Source of the DNA: an uncultured Pedobacter sp.
GTDB taxonomy: Bacteria > Bacteroidota > Bacteroidia > Sphingobacteriales > Sphingobacteriaceae
Assembly: GCA_964592575.1 (NCBI GenBank)
Contig: CAZQFF010000002.1
Coordinates: forward strand, 75,460-139,459
Length of the DNA: 64,000 nucleotides
Direction of reading: 5' to 3'
A program made the translations under genes and the position numbers. Positions 26,601 through 36,056 of this stretch are shown piece by piece (the stretch's first letter is position 1; the number at the start of each line of letters is the position of its first letter). The notes below the pieces were generated by a model. It did no database searches. It saw only the letters and a program-made list of their open reading frames with translations, and had not been told where the DNA came from.

Positions 26601-29452
26601 TTACAAGTAGTAATGCAGGCGTAGCTACAGCTTCTCCTAATGGTAAAATTACTTTAAAAGGTGTAGGAACTACAAATATTACCGCTTCTCATGCAGGAAG
26701 CGCATTATACAACCCTAATTCTGTTGTACAGCCATTAACTATAACACAAGGCTTACAATATATTAATTTCCCGAATATCCCAAATAAAGCACCAGGATCT
26801 GCAGACTTTGATCCAGGAGCAACAACAACATCGGGATTACCTGTAATCTACAGCAGTAGCGATACGAGTGTAGCGACGGTTTCTAATAACCTAATTCATA
26901 TTGTAGGGATTGGCGTAACTCAAATTACAGCTTCTCAGCCTGGAAATGTTGACTACTCTGCTGCGACATCAGTAGTTAGAACCTTAATCGTTTCAAAAGG
27001 ATCACAAACCATTACCTTTCCTGAAATAAAAGCAAAACCATTTCCAACAGCTGCTTTTAATGCAGAAGCTATATCATCATCTGGATTACAAGTTACATTA
27101 ACTTCAAGCGATCCAAGTGTAGCTTCAGTAGCAGGAAATATCATAACTGTAAATGCAATAGGTACAACAACGATTACAGCTACTCAAATTGGAGATACTA
27201 ATTTTGATGCCGCAACACCTGTTTCAAGAGTGTTATATGTCAGCCCTAATATTCAAGTGTTATCAGCACCTACTGCAATTACTAAAGAATACGGAAGCGG
27301 AGATTTCAATTTAGATGTTACATCAAACGCAAATTTAAACATAACATTATCTTCTAGTAATCCAGCAGTTGCCGTAATATTTGAAGGAAAAATTAGACTT
27401 ACTGGTGTAGGCACAACCATAATCACATCATCACAGAATGGAAATAGCCAATATACCGGAGCTACTGCACTGACTACCTTAACGGTAACCAAGACTAATC
27501 AAACAATTACATTCCCTGCGATTTCTAATAAGAAAATGGGCGATCCAGATTTCGCTATTGGTGCAAGTGCTAGTTCAAATTTAACGGTATTTTATACTTC
27601 AAATAATACATTAGTAGCCAGAATCATTGGTAACAGAATACAGATTGTAGGTGTAGGAACAGCCAACATCATTGCAAGTCAACCTGGAGATAATAATTAT
27701 AATAGAGCGAATGACGTTACCCAGTCATTAACGGTTACAAAAGAAACTCAAACCATTAATTTCCCAGACTTCGCTTCCAAATCAATTACTGACACGGATT
27801 TTGATCATAACATAAGCGTTAATTCTGGCTTACCATTAACCATTACGAGTAGCAATACCAATGTAGCTACTATAGTTGGGGACAAAATTCATATCATAGG
27901 TATTGGCAATACGACCATTACCGCAACGCAAGCAGGAAATAATAATTTTGAACCTGCTACGCCAGTTTCTAAAGTACTGACCATTAAAGGTTATGCACAA
28001 ACTATAACGTTTAGTCCAATTGCAAATAAACAATTAGGCGACCCAGACTTTGATCCAGGAGCAACTGTTAGTACCGGATTACCTATTACTTATTCAAGTA
28101 GCAATACTGATGTTGCCACAATAGTAAATGGCAAAGTTAGAATCGTAGGCGGAGGTACAGCTACAATCACAGCTACTCAAGCTGGAGATGATACTTATGC
28201 TGCTGTAAGCGCTTCACAAACTTTTAGCGTAGCCTTTGAAGCACAAACAATCACTTTTCCTGAATTAGTTGCAAAAACAATTGGAAGCCCGGATTTTGAT
28301 CCAGGAGCAACTGCTAGCTCAGGTTTAGCTGTGGTTTATACATCAAGTGATGAAAGCGTTGCTAAAATTACTAATGGTAAAATCCAAATTATTGGAATTG
28401 GAACAACCACAATTACAGCTACTCAACCAGGAAACTTTAGGTTTGGCCCAGCTACACCAGTACAAAGAGTTTTAAATGTTTCCAATGCCACGCAAACGAT
28501 TACTTTCCCAGCTATTGGAACTAAGTTATATACAGACCCTGCTTTCCAATTACAAGCAACAGCAAGCTCAGGTTTACCTGTAACTTACACCAGTTCTAAC
28601 CTAAACGTAGCCGTTATCAATGGTAACATGGTTCAAATCGTTTCTCCAGGGACAACAGTTATCACAGCTAATCAAGCGGGCAACGGTAGCTTTGCCGCAG
28701 CTACACCAGTATCACAAACATTAGAGGTGTTATATACTATAGCAACTAATAACTTTAGCATCAAAACAACAGATGTTGCGTGTAAAGGAAGTACTAACGG
28801 TATAATTAGTATCACTGCAATTGAGAACTTAAACTATGTAGCCACAATAACTGGTAATGGCAAAAACATAAGTCAAAACTTTAATACTTCAACCAGCATT
28901 CCAAATCTTGGAGCTGGCAGCTATAAAGTGGTGATTACTGTTACAGGTATAAATAATTTCTCAAGAAGCTTTAATGTCGTAGTGAAGGAACCAAAAGATC
29001 TATCCGTGTACGCAAATGTTAAAGAAAGCACCAAAGAAGTAACTTTAAAATTAGATGGTGCATTAATGTATAACATTGACGTAAATGGTACTATTTACAC
29101 AACTTCAAGTCCTGAGATTACAGTTCCATTAAATAAAGGAAATAATATCGTAAAAATCTCTTCTGATAAAATTTGTCAAGGAGTAATCGAGAAGGCATTC
29201 CTGATTGATAATGTAATTTCAATTTATCCAAACCCTGTAGTAAACGAATTAAATATTAATACAGGCAGTTTAGATAATAAACCAGTTAAAGTAGATATCC
29301 ATGGAATGGACGGACGTTTGGTATTTAGCAGACAACTTACTCCAAGCTTTGGTCAAGTTAAAATAGACTTGAGTCAATTAAATAAAGGAGTTTATGTACT
29401 GAGCCTAACAGTAGGTAAAGACAAAACCATTCACAAAGTTGTTAAACAATAA
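23666..29452 (+). CDS. T9SS type-A cargo: 20 tandem Ig-like repeats, SprB-like repeat, Ig domain, CTD
   Basis: Signal peptide (..VKA-Q); repeat consensus QTITF..FD.GA..SSGL.ITY.SSN..VA.I..I.IVG.GT..ITA.Q.GN.NY; TDVACKGSTNG; CTD IYPNPV..GRLV..LNKGVYVL..KVVKQ. Confidence 0.88.
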   Translation: MFKFTIKSFLLIVCVFIIGALQSVKAQTKQNQHIVVAGTFQKIYYFSNSELDLSSIFSASSGLPITFTSDNPSIATIVDGKIKPVNIGTFNLTISQSGNGTYFAAPDYITQITFIRGFQSITFNDIPAKSLSSPNFAPDASADSGLPLTYESSNTNVAVVLGGTTIQIVGQGSTQITAKQAGNANYFEATSVTKVLNVSPNTQTITFNPITKAYLDPNFQLNAIASSGLPISYYTSSNPAVATILSNNTVKINGVGTTTLTAYQNGNSSFQATSNTATLTVTKADQNILMATSANSKYGVEDFAIDAFASSGLAPTFTSSNTAVATIVAGKIHITGVGQTTITANQAGDALYNAASPANLILVVSKGDQTITFPPLLAKAVGTPNFDPGATASSGLSVTYTSSNTAVVEIDNNQIKVIGAGTATITASQAGNPNYNAATDVSREISIANTIQTILFPAIPVKTVGDPDFDPGATANTALPITYTSSNNNVATILNNRVHIIAGGTSTITATQAGNSNYASVSATAILTVNKKDQTIDFPVLSNKLRSDADFFLQASASSNLDITYTSSDPSIAQITGNSVKLLRAGSVDITAQQTGNAAFNAALPVVRTLLIQKGNQIIDFPPISNKTLLDVEFYPGAYSNSGLDIVYTSSNTSVATISGQKVTLIAPGTTTITATQSGDSNWNSSALTQVLKVESIVNRIDFPEVSNIGLNVAEYDLQITSTSGLPVTIVSSNPSIASINAGKLIPHQFGTVIVTASQAGNTTYEAARTVSRTINITKSQQTITFPVIPNKTIGDADFTTGATVNSGLPISYTISDPSVISITGGMIKILGPGTTVITATQAGDVNYLPALSVSRTLTVTGNAAQAITFPTLVDVPFSTSDYNPGAISNTGLPITYTTSNSSIAVPNGNLIRLVGVGTVTITANQVGDNTYGPATATATINVIKGSAPISFNPLANRPMHAVEFDAIATNQVGLPITFTSSNAGVATASPNGKITLKGVGTTNITASHAGSALYNPNSVVQPLTITQGLQYINFPNIPNKAPGSADFDPGATTTSGLPVIYSSSDTSVATVSNNLIHIVGIGVTQITASQPGNVDYSAATSVVRTLIVSKGSQTITFPEIKAKPFPTAAFNAEAISSSGLQVTLTSSDPSVASVAGNIITVNAIGTTTITATQIGDTNFDAATPVSRVLYVSPNIQVLSAPTAITKEYGSGDFNLDVTSNANLNITLSSSNPAVAVIFEGKIRLTGVGTTIITSSQNGNSQYTGATALTTLTVTKTNQTITFPAISNKKMGDPDFAIGASASSNLTVFYTSNNTLVARIIGNRIQIVGVGTANIIASQPGDNNYNRANDVTQSLTVTKETQTINFPDFASKSITDTDFDHNISVNSGLPLTITSSNTNVATIVGDKIHIIGIGNTTITATQAGNNNFEPATPVSKVLTIKGYAQTITFSPIANKQLGDPDFDPGATVSTGLPITYSSSNTDVATIVNGKVRIVGGGTATITATQAGDDTYAAVSASQTFSVAFEAQTITFPELVAKTIGSPDFDPGATASSGLAVVYTSSDESVAKITNGKIQIIGIGTTTITATQPGNFRFGPATPVQRVLNVSNATQTITFPAIGTKLYTDPAFQLQATASSGLPVTYTSSNLNVAVINGNMVQIVSPGTTVITANQAGNGSFAAATPVSQTLEVLYTIATNNFSIKTTDVACKGSTNGIISITAIENLNYVATITGNGKNISQNFNTSTSIPNLGAGSYKVVITVTGINNFSRSFNVVVKEPKDLSVYANVKESTKEVTLKLDGALMYNIDVNGTIYTTSSPEITVPLNKGNNIVKISSDKICQGVIEKAFLIDNVISIYPNPVVNELNINTGSLDNKPVKVDIHGMDGRLVFSRQLTPSFGQVKIDLSQLNKGVYVLSLTVGKDKTIHKVVKQ
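23750..28730 (+). repeat. 20 degenerate ~249-bp (83-codon) intragenic repeats
   Basis: 20 SSGL..SSN motifs counted; TTTGATCCAGGRGCAAC at ~24821, 25070, 26807, 28049, 28295 (spacings close to multiples of 248). Confidence 0.85.
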
Positions 29453-29467
29453 AATAATCAAATAAGC

Positions 29468-29506
29468 AAAAAAGGCCTCATCATTAACATGATGAGGCCT
29501 TTTTTT
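29468..29506. terminator. Bidirectional intrinsic terminator
   Basis: aaaaaaggcctcatcat-taac-atgatgaggccttttttt. Confidence 0.9.
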
Positions 29507-29526
29507 ATGGCATTTAACCTAAAAAA

Positions 29527-31161
29527 TTATACCAATAATCTTACTGGCTCTTCTAACAAGGCTTTTAAGGTTTGTAAGAAAGCAGACCCAGTCGCTCCAT
29601 CAACAACTCGATGATCACAACTTAAAGTAACTTTCATAATGTTTCCAGGTACTATCTGGCCATTTTTAACAACAGGTACTTGAGAAATACCTCCAACAGC
29701 TAAGATACATGCGTCTGGCGGATTAATAATAGCTGTAAACTCATCTATACCAAACATACCTAAATTGGAAATGGTAAATGTAGAACCTTCCCAATCTGAT
29801 GGTTGAAGTTTTTTAGCTTTTGCTCTTTGTGCAAAATCCTTTACTTCTGCTGAAATATGTGATAAAGATTTACCATCTGCAAAACGTACTACTGGTACCA
29901 ATAAACCATCCTCAACAGCTACTGCAACACCAATATTTACATGTTCGTTATATCTAATCTTGTCGCCTAACCATGATGAATTAACATTAGGATGTTGTTT
30001 TAATGCAATAGCACAGGCTTTAACGACTAAATCATTAAATGAGATTTTGCTAGAAGCAAATTCATTAATTTTCTGACGTGCAGCAATTGCACCATCCATA
30101 TCAATAGACATGGTTAAATAAAAATGAGGAGCCGTAAATAAACTTTCCGATAAACGTTTAGCAATTACTTTACGCATTTGCGAAACAGGCTTCTCGGTAT
30201 ATTTTTCTTCTCCAATAAACGTAGGTATTTTAGGCGCATCATTTTGCGTAGACAATGGAGATTCCACAGGCTTATAGGCCTGAGTAGTAAAGTTTTCTAC
30301 GTCTTTTTTAATAATTCTACCACCCTCTGCACTACCCGCTACTTGACTTAAATCAATGCCCTTTTCTTGTGCAATTTTCTTAGCCAATGGAGAGGCTAAT
30401 ATTCTTCCTGTATTTGAATTTACTACAGGATTATGATTTACCGCTTCTACTTGAGGAGTGGAAGTAGCAACTTCAGCATTTTTTACTGGACTAGCTGATG
30501 AAGAAGTTTGGCTTAATATACTTTGTATATCTGTTCCTTCTGGCCCAACAATAGCTATAATTCCATTAACTTTAGCCGCTTCACCCTTTTGAGTACCAAT
30601 ATGTAATAAAGTACCCGAAGCATATCCCATAACTTCCATGGTAGCTTTATCGGTTTCAACATCAGCTAAAACATCATCATCCTTTACTTTGTCACCTACC
30701 TTTTTGTGCCATTCTGCAATAACACCTTCGGTCATGGTATCACTCAATAAAGGCATTCTAATCACTGTAATTCCTTTTTGACTGAGTTCCTCATCACTCA
30801 AACCAGAACCTGAATTCACGGTATCATTTGCAGCGACAGCCGAACTTTCTTTAACCGTTGAATCCGAACTTACAGCACTTACATGACTTGATTCTGCATC
30901 AAGCGCCGCTTTAAAATCTTCGCCTTCCTTTCCAACAACCGCAATAATTGCATCTACTGGTACTGCTTTCCCCTCATCTACCCCAATATATAATAAAGTA
31001 CCGTCCCAATAGGACTCTAGATCCATCGTTGCCTTATCCGTCTCAACTTCTGCTAAAACATCCCCACTTTTTATCTTATCGCCTACTTTTTTATGCCATT
31101 TCGCCATAACTCCTTCCGTCATGGTATCGCTCATTTTCGGCATTCTAATTATATCAGCCAT
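29527..31161 (-). CDS. pdhC: Pyruvate dehydrogenase E2 (two lipoyl domains)
   Basis: Two ETDKA lipoyl sites; ASPLAKKIA E3-binding domain; TFTISNLGMFG; SCDHRVVDG. Confidence 0.95.
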   Translation of the reverse strand: MADIIRMPKMSDTMTEGVMAKWHKKVGDKIKSGDVLAEVETDKATMDLESYWDGTLLYIGVDEGKAVPVDAIIAVVGKEGEDFKAALDAESSHVSAVSSDSTVKESSAVAANDTVNSGSGLSDEELSQKGITVIRMPLLSDTMTEGVIAEWHKKVGDKVKDDDVLADVETDKATMEVMGYASGTLLHIGTQKGEAAKVNGIIAIVGPEGTDIQSILSQTSSSASPVKNAEVATSTPQVEAVNHNPVVNSNTGRILASPLAKKIAQEKGIDLSQVAGSAEGGRIIKKDVENFTTQAYKPVESPLSTQNDAPKIPTFIGEEKYTEKPVSQMRKVIAKRLSESLFTAPHFYLTMSIDMDGAIAARQKINEFASSKISFNDLVVKACAIALKQHPNVNSSWLGDKIRYNEHVNIGVAVAVEDGLLVPVVRFADGKSLSHISAEVKDFAQRAKAKKLQPSDWEGSTFTISNLGMFGIDEFTAIINPPDACILAVGGISQVPVVKNGQIVPGNIMKVTLSCDHRVVDGATGSAFLQTLKALLEEPVRLLV

Positions 31162-31190
31162 CTCTATCTAAATTGAAATTTTAAGGTTAA

Positions 31191-32183
31191 TTATTGTTGA
31201 AATGCATAATCTTGTTCCATATAAACATCTTTATATAATTCAGATGGATCTGGCCACGGCGATTCCTCTGCAAATTTCACAGATTCATCTACTATACTTT
31301 TTACTTTATCCTCAATCGAGGTAATCCAAGCTTCATCTGCATACTTTTCTTGAAGAATTACTTCTCTGATACGTTCAATTGGATCTTTTGCTTTATAATC
31401 TTCTAATTCTTCTTTAGTTCTGTATTTAGCCGGATCTGACATCGAGTGACCACGATATCTATACGTTCTCATTTCTAAGAAAGTCGGGCCTTCACCTGCT
31501 CTAGCTCTTTGAATCGCCTCATCCATTGCATTATGAACAGCAATGGGATCCATCCCATCAACTGGCGCGCAAGGCATATCAAAGCCTAAACCAATTTTAT
31601 AAATATCAGTCATATTAGTGGTACGCTCAACCGAAGTCCCCATAGCGTAACCATTATTCTCGCAAACGAAAACTACAGGTAATTTCCATAGCATAGCCAT
31701 ATTGAATGCCTCGTTAAGTGCACCTTGACGAACAGCACCATCACCCATATAGCATATATTTACATTTTTTGTGCCTTTATATTTTTCTGCAAATGCAATA
31801 CCTGCACCTAAAGGAATTTGCCCGCCAACAATACCATGTCCACCATAAAAGTTATGCTCTTTACTGAATATGTGCATAGAGCCACCTTTACCTTTTGAGC
31901 ATCCAGTTGCTTTGCCATACATTTCAGCCATAATACTATTAGCACTTACACCTAATGCTAAGGCATGAGCATGATCACGATATGCGGTAATCATGGAATC
32001 ATTTGGTCCCATAGCTGAAATGGCGCCAGCAACAACTGCTTCCTGACCTATGTATAAATGACAAAAACCACGAATTTTTTGCTGACCATATAATTGACCC
32101 GTCTTCTCTTCGAATTTACGCATCAACAACATTGATTCGAACCACTTCAAATAGGTATCCTTATTTATTTCTACTGCACTCAT
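31191..32183 (-). CDS. pdhA: Pyruvate dehydrogenase E1 alpha
   Basis: GFCHLYIGQEA, GKGGSMH, GDGA..G, TYRYRGHSMSDP; -7 box at 32212-32219. Confidence 0.96.
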   Translation of the reverse strand: MSAVEINKDTYLKWFESMLLMRKFEEKTGQLYGQQKIRGFCHLYIGQEAVVAGAISAMGPNDSMITAYRDHAHALALGVSANSIMAEMYGKATGCSKGKGGSMHIFSKEHNFYGGHGIVGGQIPLGAGIAFAEKYKGTKNVNICYMGDGAVRQGALNEAFNMAMLWKLPVVFVCENNGYAMGTSVERTTNMTDIYKIGLGFDMPCAPVDGMDPIAVHNAMDEAIQRARAGEGPTFLEMRTYRYRGHSMSDPAKYRTKEELEDYKAKDPIERIREVILQEKYADEAWITSIEDKVKSIVDESVKFAEESPWPDPSELYKDVYMEQDYAFQQ

Positions 32184-32430
32184 TTTAGAAGTCTTATTTA
32201 ATATTAAAGAGCAAATCTACTTTTTTTTATTGTATTTTATGATACAAAAAATCTGAAAATACTGAATCCTTGATAATAAAATAATAGAGACAATCAAATA
32301 AGGAACTATATTTTGAGGCAAATTAGCCGAACCGAATAAAATTTTTCTTAAACTACTGAAATAGTTAATTTTAAAAGAAAAAAAAATGACTTAATTGATT
32401 TTATTTCTTGGATTAAACACTTATATAATA

Positions 32431-32438
32431 TACCTTTG
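32431..32438 (+). promoter_or_regulatory. -7 box TACCTTTG for the NlpC/P60 gene
   Basis: TAnnTTTG match 72 nt upstream of ATG. Confidence 0.55.
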
Positions 32439-32510
32439 CTATCCGAACAATAAGCCCTAGCGGTGTACGTTAATGTGTAAGTATAATAAACCCAAACTTA
32501 ACCGTATAAC

Positions 32511-33062
32511 ATGACTAAAAAGTTTTTGTTTACCATTCTATTAATAGGAAGCCTTAATACGGCTTTTGGACAAAGCAACAAACCAAAGGAAACGCAATTA
32601 GCTGACCCTGACAACTTAGCCTCTCAATACTTTTCTCAAGTGATGGGAGTTGCGGTAAACGCTACCTCAAACATCAAATTATATAAGTTTATTTACGAAT
32701 GGATTGGAACGCCATACATTTTTGGTGGAAATACCAAAAGAGGTATAGATTGCTCCGCTTTCGTTAAATCTATTTACGAAAAAGTATTTAACACCTCAAT
32801 CTTAAGAAATTCGAGAGATATCTTTAGTATGACTAATCCGCTTTCAAAAGATGAATTAAAAGAGGGAGACTTAGTTTTCTTTAAAATAAAAAGTAAAAGC
32901 ATTTCTCACGTAGGCGTTTATTTAGGAGATAGCCGATTTGCCCATGCTAGTAGTTCTGGTGGCGTTCGAATCAGTAACTTAAACGAACCTTATTATACTC
33001 GTTATTTTTATAAAGGCGGTCGTATTTTAGAGGCTTCTAAAGAAACATTCACAGAAGAATAA
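32511..33062 (+). CDS. NlpC/P60 (C40) peptidoglycan endopeptidase, MepS/Spr-like
   Basis: Signal peptide; WIGTPYIFGG, GIDCSAF (Cys), GDLVFF, SHVGVY (His), HAS. Confidence 0.92.
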   Translation: MTKKFLFTILLIGSLNTAFGQSNKPKETQLADPDNLASQYFSQVMGVAVNATSNIKLYKFIYEWIGTPYIFGGNTKRGIDCSAFVKSIYEKVFNTSILRNSRDIFSMTNPLSKDELKEGDLVFFKIKSKSISHVGVYLGDSRFAHASSSGGVRISNLNEPYYTRYFYKGGRILEASKETFTEE

Positions 33063-33085
33063 TCAACAGCTTTGCTGTAGATAAC

Positions 33086-33108
33086 AAAAAAGGGGCTTAC
33101 AGCCCCTT
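33086..33108 (-). terminator. Intrinsic terminator after prc
   Basis: aaggggct-tac-agcccctt with U tract on the minus strand. Confidence 0.75.
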
Positions 33109-33143
33109 ATAACTTTACACGAATATTTAAAGATTCTGCATAA

Positions 33144-35276
33144 CTATTTATACTTTAATAAGTCAGCCATTATCCTCAAGCTTTCTTCTTGTACAAAATC
33201 AATATCCTCCTTCTCTGCCGCTTTCTCACCTTTAGCTAGAGGTTTTAATCCTCGAGCAACTCTAACCTTATTTACATTTGCCAAAGCCATTTCCTCTGCT
33301 TTATCACGCTCCTTTTTCAATTTAGTTTCATTTATAGTCACCGAAATTTGAGCATCTCTACGCTTTCCTTCTTGAATATTCTCCAATAATACGGCATAGT
33401 CTACTGACTTTTTCATACGCTCTTGATGAAGTTTAAGTAAATCTTTACGCACTTGAGTCAAATCGCTTATAGGTGTGTAATTGGAAGCCTTCACCATATC
33501 AAAAGGTAAAGCTGAAGGTTGGGTATCCTCTCCAATTTTATCCATAGGATAAATCGATGGAAAATTAATATCAGGAATCACACCTTTATGCTGCGTACTA
33601 TTACCATTAATTCTATAGAACTTAGCCATCGTTAGATTAATAATACCAAACTGAACAATACCATCTCTATCCACCACCATTGTAGACTTTTCCTTCGCTT
33701 CTGGCTTAGGTCGAATAGCCGCTGATAACTTTTGTAGAAAATTTGGCTCAAATAATCTATTCATATCGATTGAAGATTGCACGGTACCTTTTCCATAAGT
33801 CTGCGTTCCCATAACTATTCCTCTACCATAATCTTGAATAGCACCCGCAAAAATCTCAGAAGCTGAAGCACTCAATCTATCTACCAATACGCCAAGCGGA
33901 CCAGTCCAAATTGCACCTGCATCTTTGTCCTCATTCACTTGAATCTCATTTCTACCATTCTTAACTTGTACTACTGGCCCTTGATCAATAAACAAACCTG
34001 TTAAATCAATAGCTTCAACTAAGGATCCACCACCATTTCCTCTTAAATCCATCACTATCGCGTCAACCTTATCTATATTTTTTAAGGTATCAATAATTAA
34101 CCTTACATCTCTAGTTGTACTCTTATAATTTTTATCTCCAGCACTCGCTGCTTTAAAATCAGCATAAAATGCCGGTAAACTGATTACGCCAACTTTCATA
34201 GCTTTGCCATCTGACATTACAGTTTTCAAGTGTTTCTTAGCCGATTGCTCTTCTAAAATAACCTTTTCTCTCACTAAAGAAATAACAATAGGCTTAGAGG
34301 TTAATTCTTGACCACTAGGAATAACTTTCAATCTAACTGTTGTTCCTTTTGGCCCTTTAATTTTAGAAACAGCATTATCAATTCTCCAACCAATAATATC
34401 CTCAAATTCGCCATTCTCCCCTTGAGCAACTGCAATAATTCTATCTCCAGCGTTAATCGCCTTGCTTTTGAATGCCGGACCACCAGGTACAATGGAAACA
34501 ATTTTAGTCACCTCATTTTCCAATTGCAAGGTTGCTCCAATTCCTTCTATAGATCTAGACATTTCTTGTGTAAAGACCTCTGCATTACGTGGATTAAAAT
34601 AGTTGGTATGCGGATCAATAGCTTCCGTAAAGGAATCCATTACAATTTGAAATACGTCTTGATTATTAAATTTAGAAGCTTGAGATCTTAAACTTTCATA
34701 TCTTTTCTTTAAAGTCTCTGTATTTTTTGCCATATCAGCATTTGCTAATTTTAAATTAACTAGCTCATATTTAATTCTACTTTTCCAAGCCTCATCTAAA
34801 GCCGATAAGCTATTTATCCAAGGCATACTCTCTCTATCATAGGTGTAGATTTCATCTTTAGTAAAATCAAAGTTCTGATTGATTTGAGATAAAGAATAGT
34901 TTATCCTTTCATTATAACGCTTTAAATAAACATTAAAAATATAAAATGGTCCACTTAAATCCCCTTGTCTAAAGGCATCATCTAATGTTGATCTATATTG
35001 TTCAAATTCCGCGATATCAGAGGCCAAAAAGTAAACCTTGGAAGGATCTAAAGACTTGATATAACTATCTAATATAATAGAAGAAATAGAGTCATTAATC
35101 TTAATTTTTTTATAATTAAAGTTCTCAATCAAACCTACAACCTCTTTAACCACCAAACTTTGTTGCTCGTCTGGCTTAATATTTTGAACACCTTCAACCA
35201 GCTTTTGTTCAACTGGTTTTGCACTGCAAGCGAATGCTGCCGCAATAAAGGTTATTAATAAAACTCTTCTTAACAT
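33144..35276 (-). CDS. prc: C-terminal processing protease Prc/Tsp (S41A), lipoprotein (start revised to MLRRV)
   Basis: Lipobox AFAC; DPHTNY; PDZ EGIGA; DLRGNGGGSL; SASASEIFAG (Ser); YGKG (Lys); QHKGVIPDI. Confidence 0.92.
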   Translation of the reverse strand: MLRRVLLITFIAAAFACSAKPVEQKLVEGVQNIKPDEQQSLVVKEVVGLIENFNYKKIKINDSISSIILDSYIKSLDPSKVYFLASDIAEFEQYRSTLDDAFRQGDLSGPFYIFNVYLKRYNERINYSLSQINQNFDFTKDEIYTYDRESMPWINSLSALDEAWKSRIKYELVNLKLANADMAKNTETLKKRYESLRSQASKFNNQDVFQIVMDSFTEAIDPHTNYFNPRNAEVFTQEMSRSIEGIGATLQLENEVTKIVSIVPGGPAFKSKAINAGDRIIAVAQGENGEFEDIIGWRIDNAVSKIKGPKGTTVRLKVIPSGQELTSKPIVISLVREKVILEEQSAKKHLKTVMSDGKAMKVGVISLPAFYADFKAASAGDKNYKSTTRDVRLIIDTLKNIDKVDAIVMDLRGNGGGSLVEAIDLTGLFIDQGPVVQVKNGRNEIQVNEDKDAGAIWTGPLGVLVDRLSASASEIFAGAIQDYGRGIVMGTQTYGKGTVQSSIDMNRLFEPNFLQKLSAAIRPKPEAKEKSTMVVDRDGIVQFGIINLTMAKFYRINGNSTQHKGVIPDINFPSIYPMDKIGEDTQPSALPFDMVKASNYTPISDLTQVRKDLLKLHQERMKKSVDYAVLLENIQEGKRRDAQISVTINETKLKKERDKAEEMALANVNKVRVARGLKPLAKGEKAAEKEDIDFVQEESLRIMADLLKYK

Positions 35277-35416
35277 TTCCTTGAATATTTTAAATTCCAT
35301 TTCCTAAAAAATCATACATCCAATATGGTACCAATTTTTTAAATAAACAAAAAAGATACACCATTTTACTCCTTTAAAACACAAATGTAAATTATTCTAG
35401 AAGATTACAAGCATAA

Positions 35417-36052
35417 CTAAATGAGTTTATGCTCATAAGCGTATTTCAATAAACCGACTATACTTTGCGTACCCGTTTTTCTGAAAATATTCTTGCGGTG
35501 GGTTTCCACCGTACGTTCACTTATAAATAAAGCAGCGGCTATTTGTTTGTTACTCATTTCCTGTTCAATCAATCGAATAATTTCAATTTCTCTATTGGTA
35601 AGATGACTTAAATCATCTTCGTTCTTAAACGAACGCACCAAAACCTTTGTTACATCATCACTATAAAAATTATAACCCTTTGATACTTTATCTAGGGCTT
35701 CGATCAACTCGCGCTTACCTGTATTTTTAAGAATATAACCACTAATCCCCGCATCAATCATCTCTTTGATAATATGTCGATCTCCAAACATAGATAAAGC
35801 TATTACCTTAATATCAGGATAACGGCTACTAAGCATTTTGGTGAGTTCCACGCCAGAAATGTCTGGCATATTGATGTCTGTAATTACAATATCCACATCT
35901 AAGGAAAATAATCTGTCTATCACATCAGTAGCCTTATGAGAAGAGCCCACAATATTATAGCCACTTTCATCTTGAAGTAAAGCGTGAATTCCATCAATAA
36001 CTAACTGATGATCATCTACAATAAATAAGTTTATAGGTTTATTCAGCTGCAT
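35417..36052 (-). CDS. NarL/LuxR-family response regulator (start revised to MQLNK)
   Basis: VDDH, TDINMP phospho-Asp, GYILK, LTNREIEI..SNKQIA..SERTVETHRKNIFRK. Confidence 0.93.
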   Translation of the reverse strand: MQLNKPINLFIVDDHQLVIDGIHALLQDESGYNIVGSSHKATDVIDRLFSLDVDIVITDINMPDISGVELTKMLSSRYPDIKVIALSMFGDRHIIKEMIDAGISGYILKNTGKRELIEALDKVSKGYNFYSDDVTKVLVRSFKNEDDLSHLTNREIEIIRLIEQEMSNKQIAAALFISERTVETHRKNIFRKTGTQSIVGLLKYAYEHKLI

Positions 36053-36056
36053 AAAA

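Noticed and set aside
23750-28730. Periodic repeats as a CRISPR array or DGR
   Set aside because: In-frame degenerate coding repeats without unique spacers; no cas or reverse transcriptase gene
29527-32183. pdhA-pdhC without pdhB or lpd
   Set aside because: A split PDH locus is ordinary in Bacteroidota
35320-35336. TTGGTACCATATTGG upstream of prc as a third RpoN-like site
   Set aside because: The -12 element is mis-spaced by 1 nt; only an 8-bp palindrome
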